A stretch of DNA of 64,000 nucleotides from Eledone cirrhosa (GCA_964016885.1 OZ024763.1:26598001-26662000); one strand, 5' to 3'. Numbered from the stretch's first letter, positions 1 to 16,343 are shown. Notes: a model not told the origin generated them from the letters alone. Program-made: numbers and translations.

Positions 1-249
1 GTGTGGACTGGGAGCCTTTTTGTCCTGACACCTGCACGACCTCTTTAGTGTGGACTGGACGTTCTGTAGTACTTTATTTTATCGACCTCAGAAGGATGAA
101 AGGGATATGAACTCAGAAAATAAAGAACTGGAACAAATAAATACTGCTCAGTGTTTTGCCGAGTGCTGCATAGGTGCAATGAAACTCAGTGCTGTGAAAC
201 AAGACATTTGTTCTCTCAAGGAAACCTGCGCAGTGCACGCTACATGTGA

Positions 250-645
250 ATAGAGTTCTATTGAAGCAGGTGGAGAAGTTCAAGTATTTCGGGGCTGTGT
301 TCATGAGTGATGGAAGGCAGGAGGCTGAATGAATTAAATGCAAGAATTTCAGGAATTGGTGCAGTAGTGTGCGTGCTTTAGCATTCAATAATCAGAAGAA
401 GGAAGGTAGGTGTAAATGCCAAACTTTACCTTACCAATGGTCATGAATCTTGGGTAATGACTAAAAGAATACAATCGCGAATACAAGTGGCCGAAATGGG
501 GTTCCTCAGAATGGTATTTGGACTAACATTACTTGATAGAGTGCGTAACTCAGATATCAAAGAGTTACTCCAGATAGAGCCCCTACTTCTCCAGATTCGC
601 AGATCACAGCTCCAATACTATGGGCAAGTGATTAGAAACCCGAGC
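250..645 (+). pseudogene. Degraded RTE-clade LINE, RT C-terminal fragment
   Basis: Translations LKQVEKFKYFGAVFMSDGRQ and GHESWVMTKRIQSRIQVAEMGFLRMVFGLTLLDRVRNSDIKELLQIEPLLLQIRRSQLQYYGQV resemble the RTE (Rex3/Expander-like) C-terminus; stops and frameshifts present. Confidence 0.75.
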
Positions 646-977
646 AACATGGTTGGATAACATCCATGAGCTCGGTTGGTCTAACTGGGGATCCAGCCAG
701 ATCAGTTGGAGAGAATTGTTTCTGACAGGACTCACTGGAAGGAGTGTTTGAGGACTCTTCCCTCATGACCCTTTCAGGAATAAGTGGATGAAGAAGACTG
801 ATAAATATACTGGTTGTCTGCTCAATACAAAGCTTAACTCCAGTGTACATGATACTCAGTTCAGGCATGAGATCTTATGTGGCTTTTTAGACCAGACATA
901 CTTTTAAAAAGATGTCCACTTAAATATCACATTAGTTTTGGAGCAGCTTGAACTGCCTGTGGTGTCTGATCTTGATG

Positions 978-1384
978 AACATTGAAATATTTCTTTAGAC
1001 CTGCTTTAGATTTACAGATATTGTAGCATATGTTACTGGAGGCACATGGCTTAGTGGTTAGAGAATTGGCCTTGCAATCGAAAGGTTGTGAGTTCAATTC
1101 TCAGACCGGGTGATGTGTTGTTTCCTTGTGCAAGACACTTTATTTCACATTGCTCCAGTTTACTCAGCTGTAGAAATGAGATGATAGGGACTGGGGTCCC
1201 TATCATTCCACTGTAAAGTGGTCGTGGAGGTGTCACGGCAAAAAAGCACCCAGCATTCACTGTAAATGAGGTTGGTGTTAGGAAGGGCATCCAGCTGTAG
1301 AAATCAAGCCAGAATCAGTTCCCGTCCCACCCTTGCAAGCAGGGAAAAAGCGGACGTAAAATGATGATGATGATGATGATGATG
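978..1384 (+). mobile_element. tRNA-derived SINE (family S1)
   Basis: A box TGGCTTAGTGG, B box GAGTTCAATTC, central CCTTG(T/A)GCAAGACACTT, (GAT)n tail; near-identical copy at 8800-9145. Confidence 0.85.
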
Positions 1385-2177
1385 TTACATTGATAAGGGT
1401 GAACTAGTTTGTATGTTCTATAGTCAGTAGAGAGTACCCTATTGTGCCTCTTATATGAGATTTAAGTCCAGCTTCTTACAGGTATATCCTGCCACAAACT
1501 ATGCAAGTACATATAGAGAAAGTTCCATCGTTCCATAAATTTCATATTCCCTTTGTGGCTGTTGTTTCATTTTTTTCTTATATCCCTCTTAATATTTACT
1601 TGGATTAGCCTGTCTTGCTCAAAGGTTTTCACGCAACCTTATATTGTTGAACACCTGGTAGAGCAATCCAAGTTCTGGGGTCAATACATACATTCTTCAA
1701 ATTCTTTTTCAATGCATCCTTGAACATTTTCTTTGGGTTACACTGTTACCTTATTTCCTAAACAAGTTCCCCATACAACAGTTGCTTAGGGATATACTTA
1801 TCAGCCATGCAGACAATATGTTCAGACCATCACAGTTTGTTTTTCAAAATGATTTCCTAGATTAACAAATACCAGATACAGCTAGAAGATCAGAGTCAAG
1901 AGTGAATGAATTCCATTTTATTTTCAGAATATGGCATAAGCATTTTTGATGAAATTGTTCCAGTAGTTTAAAGTGATATTTGTAACACATCCAAGTTTCA
2001 GAAGAGTACAGAAGAGATGATAGCATAGAGGATTTATAAATATATATTTTTAACAAAGTGTTGTAGTTTGCTTGAAGCATTGTGGAATAGAAAATACAAA
2101 TTTAAATAAGTTTAAATATTTGGAAGCCTTACAATGCCTGCAAGATTAAAAGTGCCAAGGTAATAGGAGTTATAATT

Positions 2178-2368
2178 TTACTTTAGCAAATTTATGAGAT
2201 TTTGATATTTATTTTGAGAACAATACTTTAAAGCCGGCATGAGGGGCCAGTTATGGCTAGTTATGGCCGGTTTGAACAGGAAGAGGTGAGAGAATTCTGG
2301 CCGGTTTGAACAGGAAGAGGTGAGAGAATTCTGGCCGGATATGGCTGGTTTAAGTGCTAAAGGATTAA
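2178..2368. mobile_element. Truncated piggyBac-like MITE
   Basis: Shares GAACAGGAAGAGGTGAGAGAATTCTGGCC and the terminus GCTAAAGGATTAA with the MITE at 2664-2882. Confidence 0.65.
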
Positions 2369-2663
2369 GAAGATTATCGCATTGGTCTTTGGCACCAGAT
2401 TTGAAAAAGGAGACCAAGATAGCATCAACCCAGTCTTGTGGTACTTCCACTTTCCTCTTCTTCTAACAATGGGATATTACAGCATGTAAAACTTCCACCA
2501 TTCTCTCACATCCATGCTTGAAAACCTCAGCATTAATACCATCCAGGCCAGAAGATTTATTGCAATTTAATTTCTATAGAACCATTAGTTCTGATACTAT
2601 TTCATCTACAATTGGGTAGCTTTTCATTGATTCAATAATGTATATGTTGACATCAGAAGCCTG

Positions 2664-2882
2664 TTAACCCTTTAGCATTTAAACCGGCCATATCCAGCCA
2701 GAATTCTCTGACCTCCTTCTGTTCAAACCAGCCATTCATACTTACGTTAAAGTATTGTTCTCAAAATAAATTATATCAAAATCTCATAGATTCCATATTA
2801 TGTGAGATATTTATGTGAAGTAAAGCCTTTACTGTGAAAATACAATAGTAAATATAGAGTAATGTAAATGCTAAAGGGTTAA
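2664..2882. mobile_element. piggyBac-like MITE
   Basis: TTAA-CCCTTTAGCATTTA ... TAAATGCTAAAGGG-TTAA: terminal inverted repeats starting CCC, with TTAA on both sides. Confidence 0.8.
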
Positions 2883-3117
2883 TTTCTGTACAACAGAAGC
2901 AATGTCATTTCTAGTTAGTTTTGATGGCATTTCATCAACAATTGGGTAGCTTTTCATTGATTCAGTAATGTTTATGTTGACATTAGAGAGCCTTTTAAGG
3001 AGATCAGAGAAGTGTTCCACCCAGTGGTTCTGAATGGAGACAATATCAATCAACTGAGACAGACCATCTGCAGTTCTTACAGGTACCATTGAAGAGGATT
3101 GGAGACCTTACACTTAT

Positions 3118-5166
3118 TTAATCCTTTAGCATTTACATTACTCTATATTTACTATTGTATTTTTATGATAATGGCTTTACCTTACACAACAATACCTTAA
3201 TATCAATATGAGCAGTGGGTTTGAACAGAAAGAGGTGAGAGAATTCTGCCAGATATGGCCCATTTAAATGTTAAAGGGTTAACCCTTTAGCATTTACATT
3301 ACTCTATATTTACTATTGTATTTTCATGATAATGGCTTTACCTCACACAACAATACCTTAATATCAATATGAGCAGTGGGTTTGAACAGAAAGAGGTGAG
3401 AGAATTCTGCCAGATATGGCCCATTTAAATGTTAAAGGGTTAACCCTTTAGCATTTACATTACTCTATATTTACTATTGTATTTTCATGATAATGGCTTT
3501 ACCTCACACAACAATACCTTAATATCAATATGAGCAGTGGGTTTGAACAGAAAGAGGTGAGAGAATTCTGCCAGATATGGCCCATTTAAATGTTAAAGGG
3601 TTAACCCTTTAGCATTTACATTACTCTATATTTACTATTGTATTTTCATGATAATGGCTTTACCTCACACAACAATACCTTAATATCAATATGAGCAGTG
3701 GGTTTGAACAGAAAGAGGTGAGAGAATTCTGGCCAGATATGGCCCGTTTAAATGTTAAAGGGTTAACCCTTTAGCATTTACATTACTCTATATTTACTAT
3801 TGTATTTTCATGATAATGGCTTTACCTCACACAACAATACCTTAATATCAATATGAGCAGTGGGTTTGAACAGAAAGAGGTGAGAGAATTCTGGCCAGAT
3901 ATGGCCCGTTTAAATGTTAAAGGGTTAACCCTTTAGCATTTACATTACTCTATATTTACTATTGTATTTTCATGATAATGGCTTTACCTCACACAACAAT
4001 ACCTTAATATCAATATGAGCAGTGGGTTTGAACAGAAAGAGGTGAGAGAATTCTGGCCAGATATGGCCCGTTTAAATGTTAAAGGGTTAACCCTTTAGCA
4101 TTTACATTACTCTATATTTACTATTGTATTTTCATGATAATGGCTTTACCTCACACAACAATACCTTAATATCAATATGAGCAGTGGGTTTGAACAGAAA
4201 GAGGTGAGAGAATTCTGGCCAGATATGGCCCGTTTAAATGTTAAAGGGTTAACCCTTTAGCATTTACATTACTCTATATTTACTATTGTATTTTCATGAT
4301 AATGGCTTTACCTCACACAACAATACCTTAATATCAATATGAGCAGTGGGTTTGAACAGAAAGAGGTGAGAGAATTCTGGCCAGATATGGCCCGTTTAAA
4401 TGTTAAAGGGTTAACCCTTTAGCATTTACATTACTCTATATTTACTATTGTATTTTCATGATAATGGCTTTACCTCACACAACAATACCTTAATATCAAT
4501 ATGAGCAGTGGGTTTGAACAGAAAGAGGTGAGAGAATTCTGGCCAGATATGGCCCGTTTAAATGTTAAAGGGTTAACCCTTTAGCATTTATATTACTCAA
4601 TATTTACTATTGTATTTTCATGATAATGGCTTTACCTCACACAATTATCTCACATAATATCAAATCTATGAGATTTTGATGTTATTTATTTTGAGAACAA
4701 TACCTTACTTAACATCAGTATGTGCAGCCAGTTACAGCTGGTTTAAATGTTAAAGGGTTAACCCTTTAGCATTTACATTACTTTATATTTACTATTGTAT
4801 TTTCAAGGTAATGTCTTTATCTTACATAATATTGAAGCTATGAGATTTTGATGTTATTCATATTGAGAAGAATACCTTAACATAAGTATGAACGCCAGGT
4901 TACAGCCAGTTTGAACAGAAAGAGGTGAGAGAATTCTGACCAGATACAGCCAGTTTAACCCTTTAGCATTTACATTACTTTATATTTACTATTGTATTTT
5001 CACAGTTAAGGCTGTATTTCACATAATATCGAATCTATGAAATTTTGATATTTATTTTGAGAACATTACCTTAACATCAGTATGAGGGGTCAGTTATGGC
5101 CAGTTTGAACAGAAAGAGGTGAGAGAATTCAGGCCAGATATGGCCGGTTTAAATGCTAAAGGGTTA
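3118..5166. repeat. Tandem array of the piggyBac-like MITE (9 units of 161-162 bp plus 3 longer, diverged units)
   Basis: Units start with TTAA(C/T)CCTTTAG at about 3118, 3279, 3440, 3601, 3763, 3925, 4087, 4249, 4411, 4573, 4758, 4955; most junctions read AAAGGGTTAACCCTTT. Confidence 0.9.
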
Positions 5167-5424
5167 ATGTAAGAGAAAAATACCTTATTGTACTTGAGAT
5201 CTACTGCTTCTTGTGTTTGCTTGGTTTTGTCTTGTCACCATTGCTGCATAACATTTCTTATTCTATCTTCTAATGAAGGACAAGTGTTTGAAACATAAAT
5301 AAACATTTCCTACTATATCATCATCATCATCATCATCATCGTTTAACGTCCGTGTTCCACGCTTGCATGGTTTTGGACGGGGGTTTTCCCACTTGAGGCA
5401 AGAGTGATTGTCTTGCTCGCATAG

Positions 5425-6325
5425 GACTGTCAGGCGGGTTTTCTACAGCTGGATGCCCTTCCTAACACCAACCACATTTACAGTGTGGGTCTGGGAGGTT
5501 TTTACCGTGTTGCCTACATGGCCACATTACAGCGTGAACTGTCTGGCGGGTTTTCTACGGCTGGATGCCCTTCCTAACACCAACCACATTTACAGTGTGG
5601 GGCTGGGAGGTTTTTACCATGTTGCCTACACGGCCACATTACAGCGTGGACTGTCTGGCGGGTTTTCTACAGCTGGATGCCCTTCCTAACACCAACCACG
5701 TTTACAGTGTGGGGCTGGGAGGTTTTTACCATGTTGCCTACACAGCCACATTACAGCGTGGACTGTCTGGCGGGTTTTCTACAGCTGGATGCCCTTCCTA
5801 ACACCAACCACATTTACAGTGTGGGGCTGGGAGGTTTTTACCATGTTGCCTACACGGCCACATTACAGTGGGGACTGTCTGGCGGGTTTTCTACGGCTGG
5901 ATGCCCTTCCTAACACCAACCACATTTACAGTGTGGGGCTGGGAGGTTTTTACCGTGTTGCCTACACGGCCACATTACAGCGTGGACTGTCTGGCGGATT
6001 TTCTACAGCTGGATGCCCTTCCTAACACCAACCACATTTACAGTGTGGGGCTGGGAGGTTTTTACCGTGTTGCCTACATGGCCACATTACAGTGGGGGCT
6101 GTCTGGAGGGTTTTCTACAGCTGGATGCCCTTCCTAACACCAACCACATTTACAGTGTGGGACTGGGAGGTTTTTACCGTGTTACCTACACGGCCACATT
6201 ACAGCGTGGACTGTCTGGCGGGTTTTCTACAGCTGGATGCCCTTCCTAACACCAACCACATTTACAGTGTGGGACTGGGAGGTTTTTACTGTGTTGCCTA
6301 CACGGCCACATTACAGTGTGGATTG
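5425..6325. repeat. 112-bp tandem repeat (8 copies) derived from a SINE 3' region
   Basis: CTGGATGCCCTTCCTAACACCAACC recurs every 112 bp (about 5449 to 6233); it is the reverse complement of the S1 SINE 3' part; (CAT)n SINE tail at 5319-5360. Confidence 0.9.
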
Positions 6326-6921
6326 TGTGTTTTTTTGTCGTGACACCTACACGACCTCATTTGTTTCGGCCTGGATGTTGTGGCACCAACATAACTTTAC
6401 ATTGAAAGGGGCGGTGTGGATGGGGTGGGGGTGGTGGGACGGGGGTGTATTTTGTTAGAGATGCCTACTGACTGTAGTAGGTTTTACTTTGTATTTAGGT
6501 AAAGCGGGTATATCAAGCATTAAACTAATATATTATAAGTAAGCATTGCAAGCAAAGAATACTTTTAAAAAATAAAAATGTCACCTACAAATTCATGCAT
6601 ATATCACGGTTTCATTCCAGATATATATATACTAGTCTATATCATTGGATGCAAACTAAGTCGCAGGTTTTATATCAGAGTAACCTTCTCCTAGAGAGAT
6701 GTCTTAATGAGGAGTAGGAGTCTCTCGCTCCTCAAAAAGAAAAAAACCTTATTGGATGCTCTTTGACGGGTTTTGTTATTCATCTCACAGGGTGTCGAAA
6801 TTCACCCTCCTCTCCAAGCAAGCTTGGTGGGGTCGCTCGTTTAGTTGCAGATGACCCGACCTTGCACAGGTTGTACTGGGTTACACGTTACCAGTAGCGC
6901 TAAAGAATGACCTGGCATTGA

Positions 6922-7100
6922 ATTGGCAGTATCGGTAGAGAGTCGGACGCCATGCTTTCCAGCATAGTTACGTCCCTTTACGGACTGAGTTCAAATCCCG
7001 TCGAGGTTGACTTTGCCTTTCATCCTTACGGGGTCGATAAAATAAAGTACCAGTAATACACTGGGATAATTGCTGGCCTTGTGCCAAAAGTAGAAACAAT
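6922..7100 (+). mobile_element. tRNA-derived SINE (family S2, Nin/Deu-like central domain)
   Basis: A box TGGCAGTATCGG, B box GAGTTCAAATCC, GCCTTTCATCC..GGGGTCGATAAAATAAAGTACC; more than 10 copies in the window. Confidence 0.85.
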
Positions 7101-7108
7101 TATATATA

Positions 7109-7608
7109 CTAGCAGAAAAACCACCCTTTGGGTAGTTTTCTGTTAGCATGTGTAGTGTGCATATTGATATTATACGCAAGTATAATATCAATATGCACAT
7201 GTAGATATGATACATCAAATAAAATCGTAATTGACAATATACACAGAAATTGAATGAAGACTACGTTACACTGTTTTATGTAATCAGTAAAGTAATCCAT
7301 GATACATTAAAAACAGACGATATTATATATAAACTGCATTAGGAGAAAATTAGTGACGGAAATATATGAATGGTTATTTAAGCGATCGCTAACCGGAAGT
7401 GATGACATTTGAAAATTTTAAAGAAGTGAATCTTAAGATAAGCAACAATATTATTTATATTTAATCAAGAATAACGAAATTTAGTAGATAAATTATGTAA
7501 TATTCATTAATTATTTATTCAAAGTAATCCAACTTATTTTACAAACGGGATAAAAAAAATATATATTCTGGACGCAGTCCCGCACTTCTTACTTTATTAT
7601 AGTTTAGA
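7109..7608 (-). mobile_element. Non-autonomous Helitron (family H1)
   Basis: Minus strand begins TC(TAAACTATAATAAAG) and ends with hairpin GAAAACTACCC-AAA-GGGTGGTTTT then CTAG; inserted between A and T; copies at 54887 and 62668. Confidence 0.8.
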
Positions 7609-7645
7609 TTATGTATATATATAATCTATCTTATTTTTCATTCTT

Positions 7646-7681
7646 TCTTCTGATGAAGGACTAGCGTCCGAAACGTTAAGA
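7646..7681 (+). ncRNA. Minimal type I hammerhead ribozyme (family D)
   Basis: TCTT-CTGATGA-A-GGAC tagc GTCC-GAAA-CG-T-T-AAGA; stem I TCTT/AAGA; palindromic stem III (AACGTT). Confidence 0.8.
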
Positions 7682-7770
7682 CTTTCTTCCTGCTATTTCA
7701 AGCGTTAACATAATATATTCCTTCTATATACTGTACCGATTGTGTTGTTATTTCTGTTTACCTTTTACAT

Positions 7771-7856
<86 letters not shown>

Positions 7857-8485
7857 GTGTTTGAAGGGCACCCATCCGTGGAAATCAAACTAAAAGTAGT
7901 TCTGTATGAACAAGATACTCTCATCTGGCTTGTCTCACAAAGGGAACAATTCGTCGAACCCATGCCAGCGTGGAAAATAGGACGTTAAACAGTACTGCTG
8001 CTGACGATATATATATTTTCAATTGTTTGATCTCAGTTGCTTTTATTTTTATGGCGGAAGAATAAAAAACTATCTCAGTTTGTGAAAGGCAACAACAGAA
8101 CAACAGATGGTATGTTATTGTGTATGGAGTGAAAAGGGCGGTGGAGGAATTGACAGAAGGAATTGAACAGGAGAGAAAGAAAAGTGTAGAAACATTGAAG
8201 GACGAATTAAGCAAATAGAATTATATTAAATGAATTAAAGAAGAAAGTAGATTTGAAAGGACAAAGATAAAAAGAGAGAAAATATAATTTTTTATAATTG
8301 AATTTGTGAGAGATAAAAACAAATTGAATACTGGAAAGAATTAATTCAGATAAGAACAAGATACCAATATATATAACAGATTCCCCCCCCTCTCTCTCTC
8401 TCTATATATGTGTGTAAGTGTAAATATGTGTGTATATATATATACACGTACATATATAGATAGATACATTCATACATACACAAAC

Positions 8486-9145
<660 letters not shown>

Positions 9146-9186
9146 ATCATCATCATCGTTTTTTCTTATTATTATTATTATATTAT

Positions 9187-9249
<63 letters not shown>

Positions 9250-9268
9250 AATATTATTAGAATATATA

Positions 9269-9368
9269 CTGCATGTCCTCCAAAAATGTGTACACACTTT
9301 CAGTACCTGTACAGTTTATTTATTAGAATGCTGTTGAAGTGTGTATACAGATTTTGGGACACCTTGTG
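9269..9368. mobile_element. Degenerate tiny Tc1/mariner-like MITE
   Basis: Imperfect inverted repeat CAAAAATGTGTACACACTT / AAGTGTGTATACAGATTTTGG; related copy at 28871-28951. Confidence 0.5.
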
Positions 9369-9371
9369 TGT

Positions 9372-9409
<38 letters not shown>

Positions 9410-9412
<3 letters not shown>

Positions 9413-9740
9413 AAAGTTTCGAAGCGCATCTAACAGGACCAAACTCAGCAGACACAAATGCCACAGTCCAACGAACCCGACTATAGAACAATACTGCAGT
9501 TGGCCCCTCTGGGAGGAGTGTCCTCTGGTCTTCAAATGCCTAAATACTAATATAGTATACAAATCCGAAGTCACCACCAACACAGAGACAAAAGCATACA
9601 TAAGTATGATGGCTAATACCTTCAAATCCAGATTTACACAGCACAAACATTCTTTCGACATCCAGAGCATAAGCACACAAGTCTCTCCAGCCACCTCTGG
9701 CGGCTACATGGAAAAGGAATACTCTACCAACCATGCTGGG
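9410..9740 (+). pseudogene. Penelope-like element GIY-YIG endonuclease fragment (second PLE lineage)
   Basis: CPLVFKCLNTNIVYKSEVTTNTETKAYISMMANTFKSRFTQHKHSF fits the PLE pattern CPLxxxC..IVY..YIG..FKxR..H; starts directly after a (TA)n run. Confidence 0.75.
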
Positions 9741-10138
9741 CTATTTGTCCCTATTCACTATTTTATTTAATCATCTGTTAATACACTTCTATATAACCCA
9801 CTTTTTACTGTTAATTCTTCATTTGAATATACTATTTCAGCTTATAAATAACCCTAACCCCTCCACCCTCCATTTCTAAGACCTTTATGCTGCTTATCCT
9901 ACTCCCACCAACACTACTTCGTTTTCCTGACCCCTTGCCCGTCTGGATAAAGTTACCACTGTCTGTCCCCCTACTTCATCCATTTGACCAGTTTACTACT
10001 ATGATAAAGTCAACCAAAGCACTACCAAGACGAGTGACCTATTTTTTCATATCCTACAAATATTACTACACTGTTGGAAAATACTTGCTGAACACAGTGA
10101 AACCGAAACCGTTTGGCGCCGCCGCCGTCAGGAATTTA

Positions 10139-10270
<132 letters not shown>

Positions 10271-10639
10271 AAGATACATACAAACAAAAACATTTATATA
10301 TATATATATATATATACATACACACATTTCCTACGGAAATACTTCATAAAATATATATACACACATACATAATATCAGAATATAAATATATATTCATTCT
10401 CATTTTCCTTATATATATATATACACACACACATATATGATTAGAATATATATGTATGTACACACATATTATTAGTATATATATATATATATATATACAC
10501 ATATTAGAGCTCATTTAACCTGTCCTGCCCCACCCTACCATCTTCCCCCATTCCTTTACACACATCCTATATTTTCTCATTACCCTTTACATTTAACACC
10601 ACTCCTCCCCTCCCCTTCACTTTTTCCCTATCTTCTCAT

Positions 10640-12486
<1,847 letters not shown>

Positions 12487-12589
12487 TATGTATATCTGCT
12501 GTTTCCCTACCAGTCTCCTCAACAACAGGAAAAGAAGCAAAGACTGAATAAATAAAACCCTTAAAATGTGTCCTACTTTCTTATAAATA

Positions 12590-13140
12590 TTTCACCACCT
12601 CCACCATTACCTCCACCATCACTATCTTCTGCCCCACTACCTCCACTACCACCATTGCCTTCTCCACCACCACCATCACCCCCTCCACTACCATGTCCAC
12701 CATCACTACCTTCGCCACCACTACCACCACCACTGACACCATCTTCGCCACCATCACTACCTTCGCCACCACCACCACCACTGACACCATCACTACCATC
12801 ACTACCTTCTCCACCACCACTGACACCATCACCTCCACCATCACTACCTTCTCCACCACCACTACCACCACTACCATCACCTCCACCATCACTACCTTCT
12901 CCACCACCACTACCATCACCTCCACCATCACTACCTTCTCCACCACCACTACCACCACTACCATCACCTCCATCATCACTACCTTCTCCACCACTACCAC
13001 CACCACCACTGCCATGATTATCATCTTCTCTTTCATCTCCATTCCCTCCGCCATCATTACCTACTCCACCACCACCCCTACCATCTCCACCACCACCACC
13101 ACCCCTACCATCACCACCATCACTACTTTCTCAACCATCA
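12590..13140. repeat. (ACC/CCA)-type low-complexity repeat
   Basis: Direct inspection. Confidence 0.9.
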
Positions 13141-13589
13141 CCTCCTCCTTCCCCTCTCCCCCTTTTTTCTGTTTCCCTCCTTTTCTCCTCATAACCTCCT
13201 CTTCTCTGTCCTCTTTTCCCCTCCTCCCTCTTCAGTATCTCCTTGCTCCTCTCCCTTCACCCCTCATATATTCCTATCCTTCTCCTTTCCCCCCTCCCCC
13301 TATTCTTAACCTACGTCCTACTCCTTCTCCTCTTCCCTTTTCTTTCTTCTCTGCACCCCCACCGCTTTCATATAACTCCCCCTCTCACCACAACCTCTTC
13401 CCTTCATTTCTCCTCTCTCTCTCCTCTCCTCCCACTTTTCTTATTCCTCTCCCCACCTCTCCTTTCCCCCTCCTCATTGTCTTTTCCCCCTCCTCCCTTC
13501 CTCATCCCTCTCCTCTTCGCCCTCCTATCAACAGGCAAAATTGTTTTACAACCCAAAACCTCTCCCAGATTTTTTTTCCTCAAAACATT

Positions 13590-13620
<31 letters not shown>

Positions 13621-13729
13621 TCCTTTCCATTCTTTTCTATCATATTCAGAAAATTCTCCCTTTCTAGAGAGGTAAATATATAAAATACACTTTAAATAAT
13701 TTCCATCGTTTGTATAGATATAACACAAT

Positions 13730-13893
13730 ATGGCGATGAATTAATTAACAGAGTCGTTAGAACGTCAGATAGAATGCTTTATAGTAGTCGTTCCGGATCT
13801 CTGCTCCCTGAGTTCAAATCCCGCGGAGGTCAACTTTGCCATTTATCCATCCGAGGTCATTAAAAAAAGTACCAGTCTTGTACTGGGGTCGAT
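13730..13893 (+). mobile_element. Diverged S2-like SINE
   Basis: GAGTTCAAATCCCGCGGAGGTCAACTTTGCC..GTACCAGT..TACTGGGGTCGAT. Confidence 0.7.
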
Positions 13894-14392
13894 TTTTCTT
13901 CCTCTATATCTCTTTTTCACTTCTTCTTTCGCTATCTGTTCTCTGCGTTCAAATCCCGCCGAGGTCAACTTTGTCTTTCATCTGTTCGATGGGAACCTTA
14001 AAAATTAAACGAAACGAAAGACACAGAACTCCACGGTCATCAGCCGTTGAGTTGAACTTTGGCAGTTTTGACACCTACCAACGCCACTGCTGCTCCGTTC
14101 GGGTCACAGTGTCTGATACAAGCCAAACGCTGTTCAGTGGAGTAAGAGACGAAAGACAAAACATTAATTTATAGCAATTAAGCTATAACAAGTACACATA
14201 GGTTTCGTATATGGTTTCTACCGGAAGTGCTCATTTGCATAGCTGCGAATAAAACATGCGCCGAAGAAACAACACCATACCTTCGGCCGGGTCCCTGTAT
14301 CATGAAAAGAATTTTTTTTTCCGGGGAAATTATTGGATTTTTCCAAAATTTAAAGATTTTTTAGGAACTTTCAATGTTTATTTTAGGTTTTG

Positions 14393-14450
14393 CCGTCTGA
14401 AGAGCTCAGGCTATCTTAATTGATAGTCCTCTGTGAAATATGTATAACGG
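14393..14450 (+). ncRNA. Type I hammerhead ribozyme
   Basis: CCGT-CTGAAGA-stem II (AGG CTATC ttaatt GATAG t CCT)-GAAA-TATGTA-T-A-ACGG; stem I CCGT/ACGG. Confidence 0.75.
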
Positions 14451-14600
14451 AGTTTTAAATAAACCTGAATCAGCTGAATATGGCCTCCGACCTTTTATTA
14501 ATATATAATGCCCCCCGTCTTGTACCATTTATACAAGTCGTTGAGTGCTTCTTTTTATCTACTTCGCAACCAACAGACCATAATGTGGTCTGCACATCTC

Positions 14601-14703
<103 letters not shown>

Positions 14704-14871
14704 TGTGTGTGAGTTCAAGGAGACAACAAATGGATGTACAAAAGGTCTTATTAATTTGACGCTTTATATGGGAAAGGGGAAAGAAAGTGTGACCTGTTGG
14801 GCTTAAGCCCTTCAGGAGTACAAAATAGAGGCAGGATCATAATGAAGAAACATAAATAAAGGAGGTCCAAG

Positions 14872-14902
<31 letters not shown>

Positions 14903-14909
14903 TATATAT

Positions 14910-15462
<553 letters not shown>

Positions 15463-16307
15463 TTGTGTGTGTGTGTAGTCATATATCGTGATTGATATAT
15501 TTGGCTTATTTACGCATGAGAAAGAAAATTAATCTTATTTCACCGTACAATCATCTAATTATAGTTAGAGAAATCTCAGACGGGATTAACGCGGATTTAT
15601 TGGTGGAAGTACGAAAGGTTTTGGTGGCGAGAAATTGTTAAAAAATGATTTGATACTTGCAATCTAGTGGAAAGAAAAAGAAAAAGCCATCGCTCGCTCT
15701 CTGTCTGTCTGTTTTTTCCGCTTGTCCTCCTCCGCTCTTTCCTTATACATATAAAACTCTCCAGTTATATTCTGAAAGGAAACCAAATTCAACCTCCGGC
15801 GGCCATCTTTATTTTTATTTTTTATTGGGAATGACAGGGTGAACGAGCTGGGGATCCAGAACCTAACGAAACTTAAGTACCCGTTTATGTCACTGTTGTA
15901 ACTATATATATATATATATATATATAAAATAAGTTGACGGACCTAGCATAGGTATCACTGCTAGTAACAGTTGCAGCTCAGCGTACTCAATAGCTAATAT
16001 TAAATAAACTCCCAGAGTACACACATAGTTATTCGCTATATGTGTGTGTGCGTGTGAAAAGTAAGCGGAAAAAACGCACCAGACAACTGAGTACAATGAA
16101 GATATATATTATTAGTTTCACGCTTATATGAAAAATAATAAAAATTTGAATTAGTACCTAATTTTTTAAACGTATTATATATATTTTCCTAGAGCTGGCG
16201 ACGTGAATAGACCTGTTTTTTCTTTCTCTTAAATTGTATTTTTCTTTTCCTTTCTACCATTGTCCGTCTCCTCAAACTCCCTAATTCTTCTTTAACTTCT
16301 CATTCTA

Positions 16308-16343
16308 TTTTCCGATGAAGGACTAGCGTACGAAACGTTAAGA
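16308..16343 (+). ncRNA. Degenerate family D hammerhead
   Basis: CCGATGA-AGGAC tagc GTAC-GAAACGTT-AAGA; homologous to 7646. Confidence 0.6.

Larger units (their letters stand above)
1600..5260 (-). pseudogene. Degraded RTE (BovB-like) LINE interrupted by MITEs
   Basis: Minus-strand peptides SSLLYSSETW..LEQFHQKCLCHILKIKW, EVPQDWVDAILVSFFK..DQCDN and WVEHFSDLL in the expected order; LINE-like sequence resumes after the MITE array (5167-5260). Confidence 0.7.

Noticed and set aside
5265-5300. CTAATGAAGGAC..GTTTGAAACAT hammerhead-like relic (also 63303-63338 and 32533-32580)
   Set aside because: Core residues are mutated; treated as dead relics and not listed as ribozymes.
3118-6325. CRISPR-like appearance of the regular arrays (also 33523-34178 and 36970-37665)
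   Set aside because: The units are repeated in full with no unique spacers, there are no cas genes, and the context is eukaryotic.
14219-14240. CCGGAAGT (ETS-like) and ATTTGCAT (octamer) motifs upstream of the 14393 ribozyme
   Set aside because: Short motifs expected by chance; no independent promoter evidence.
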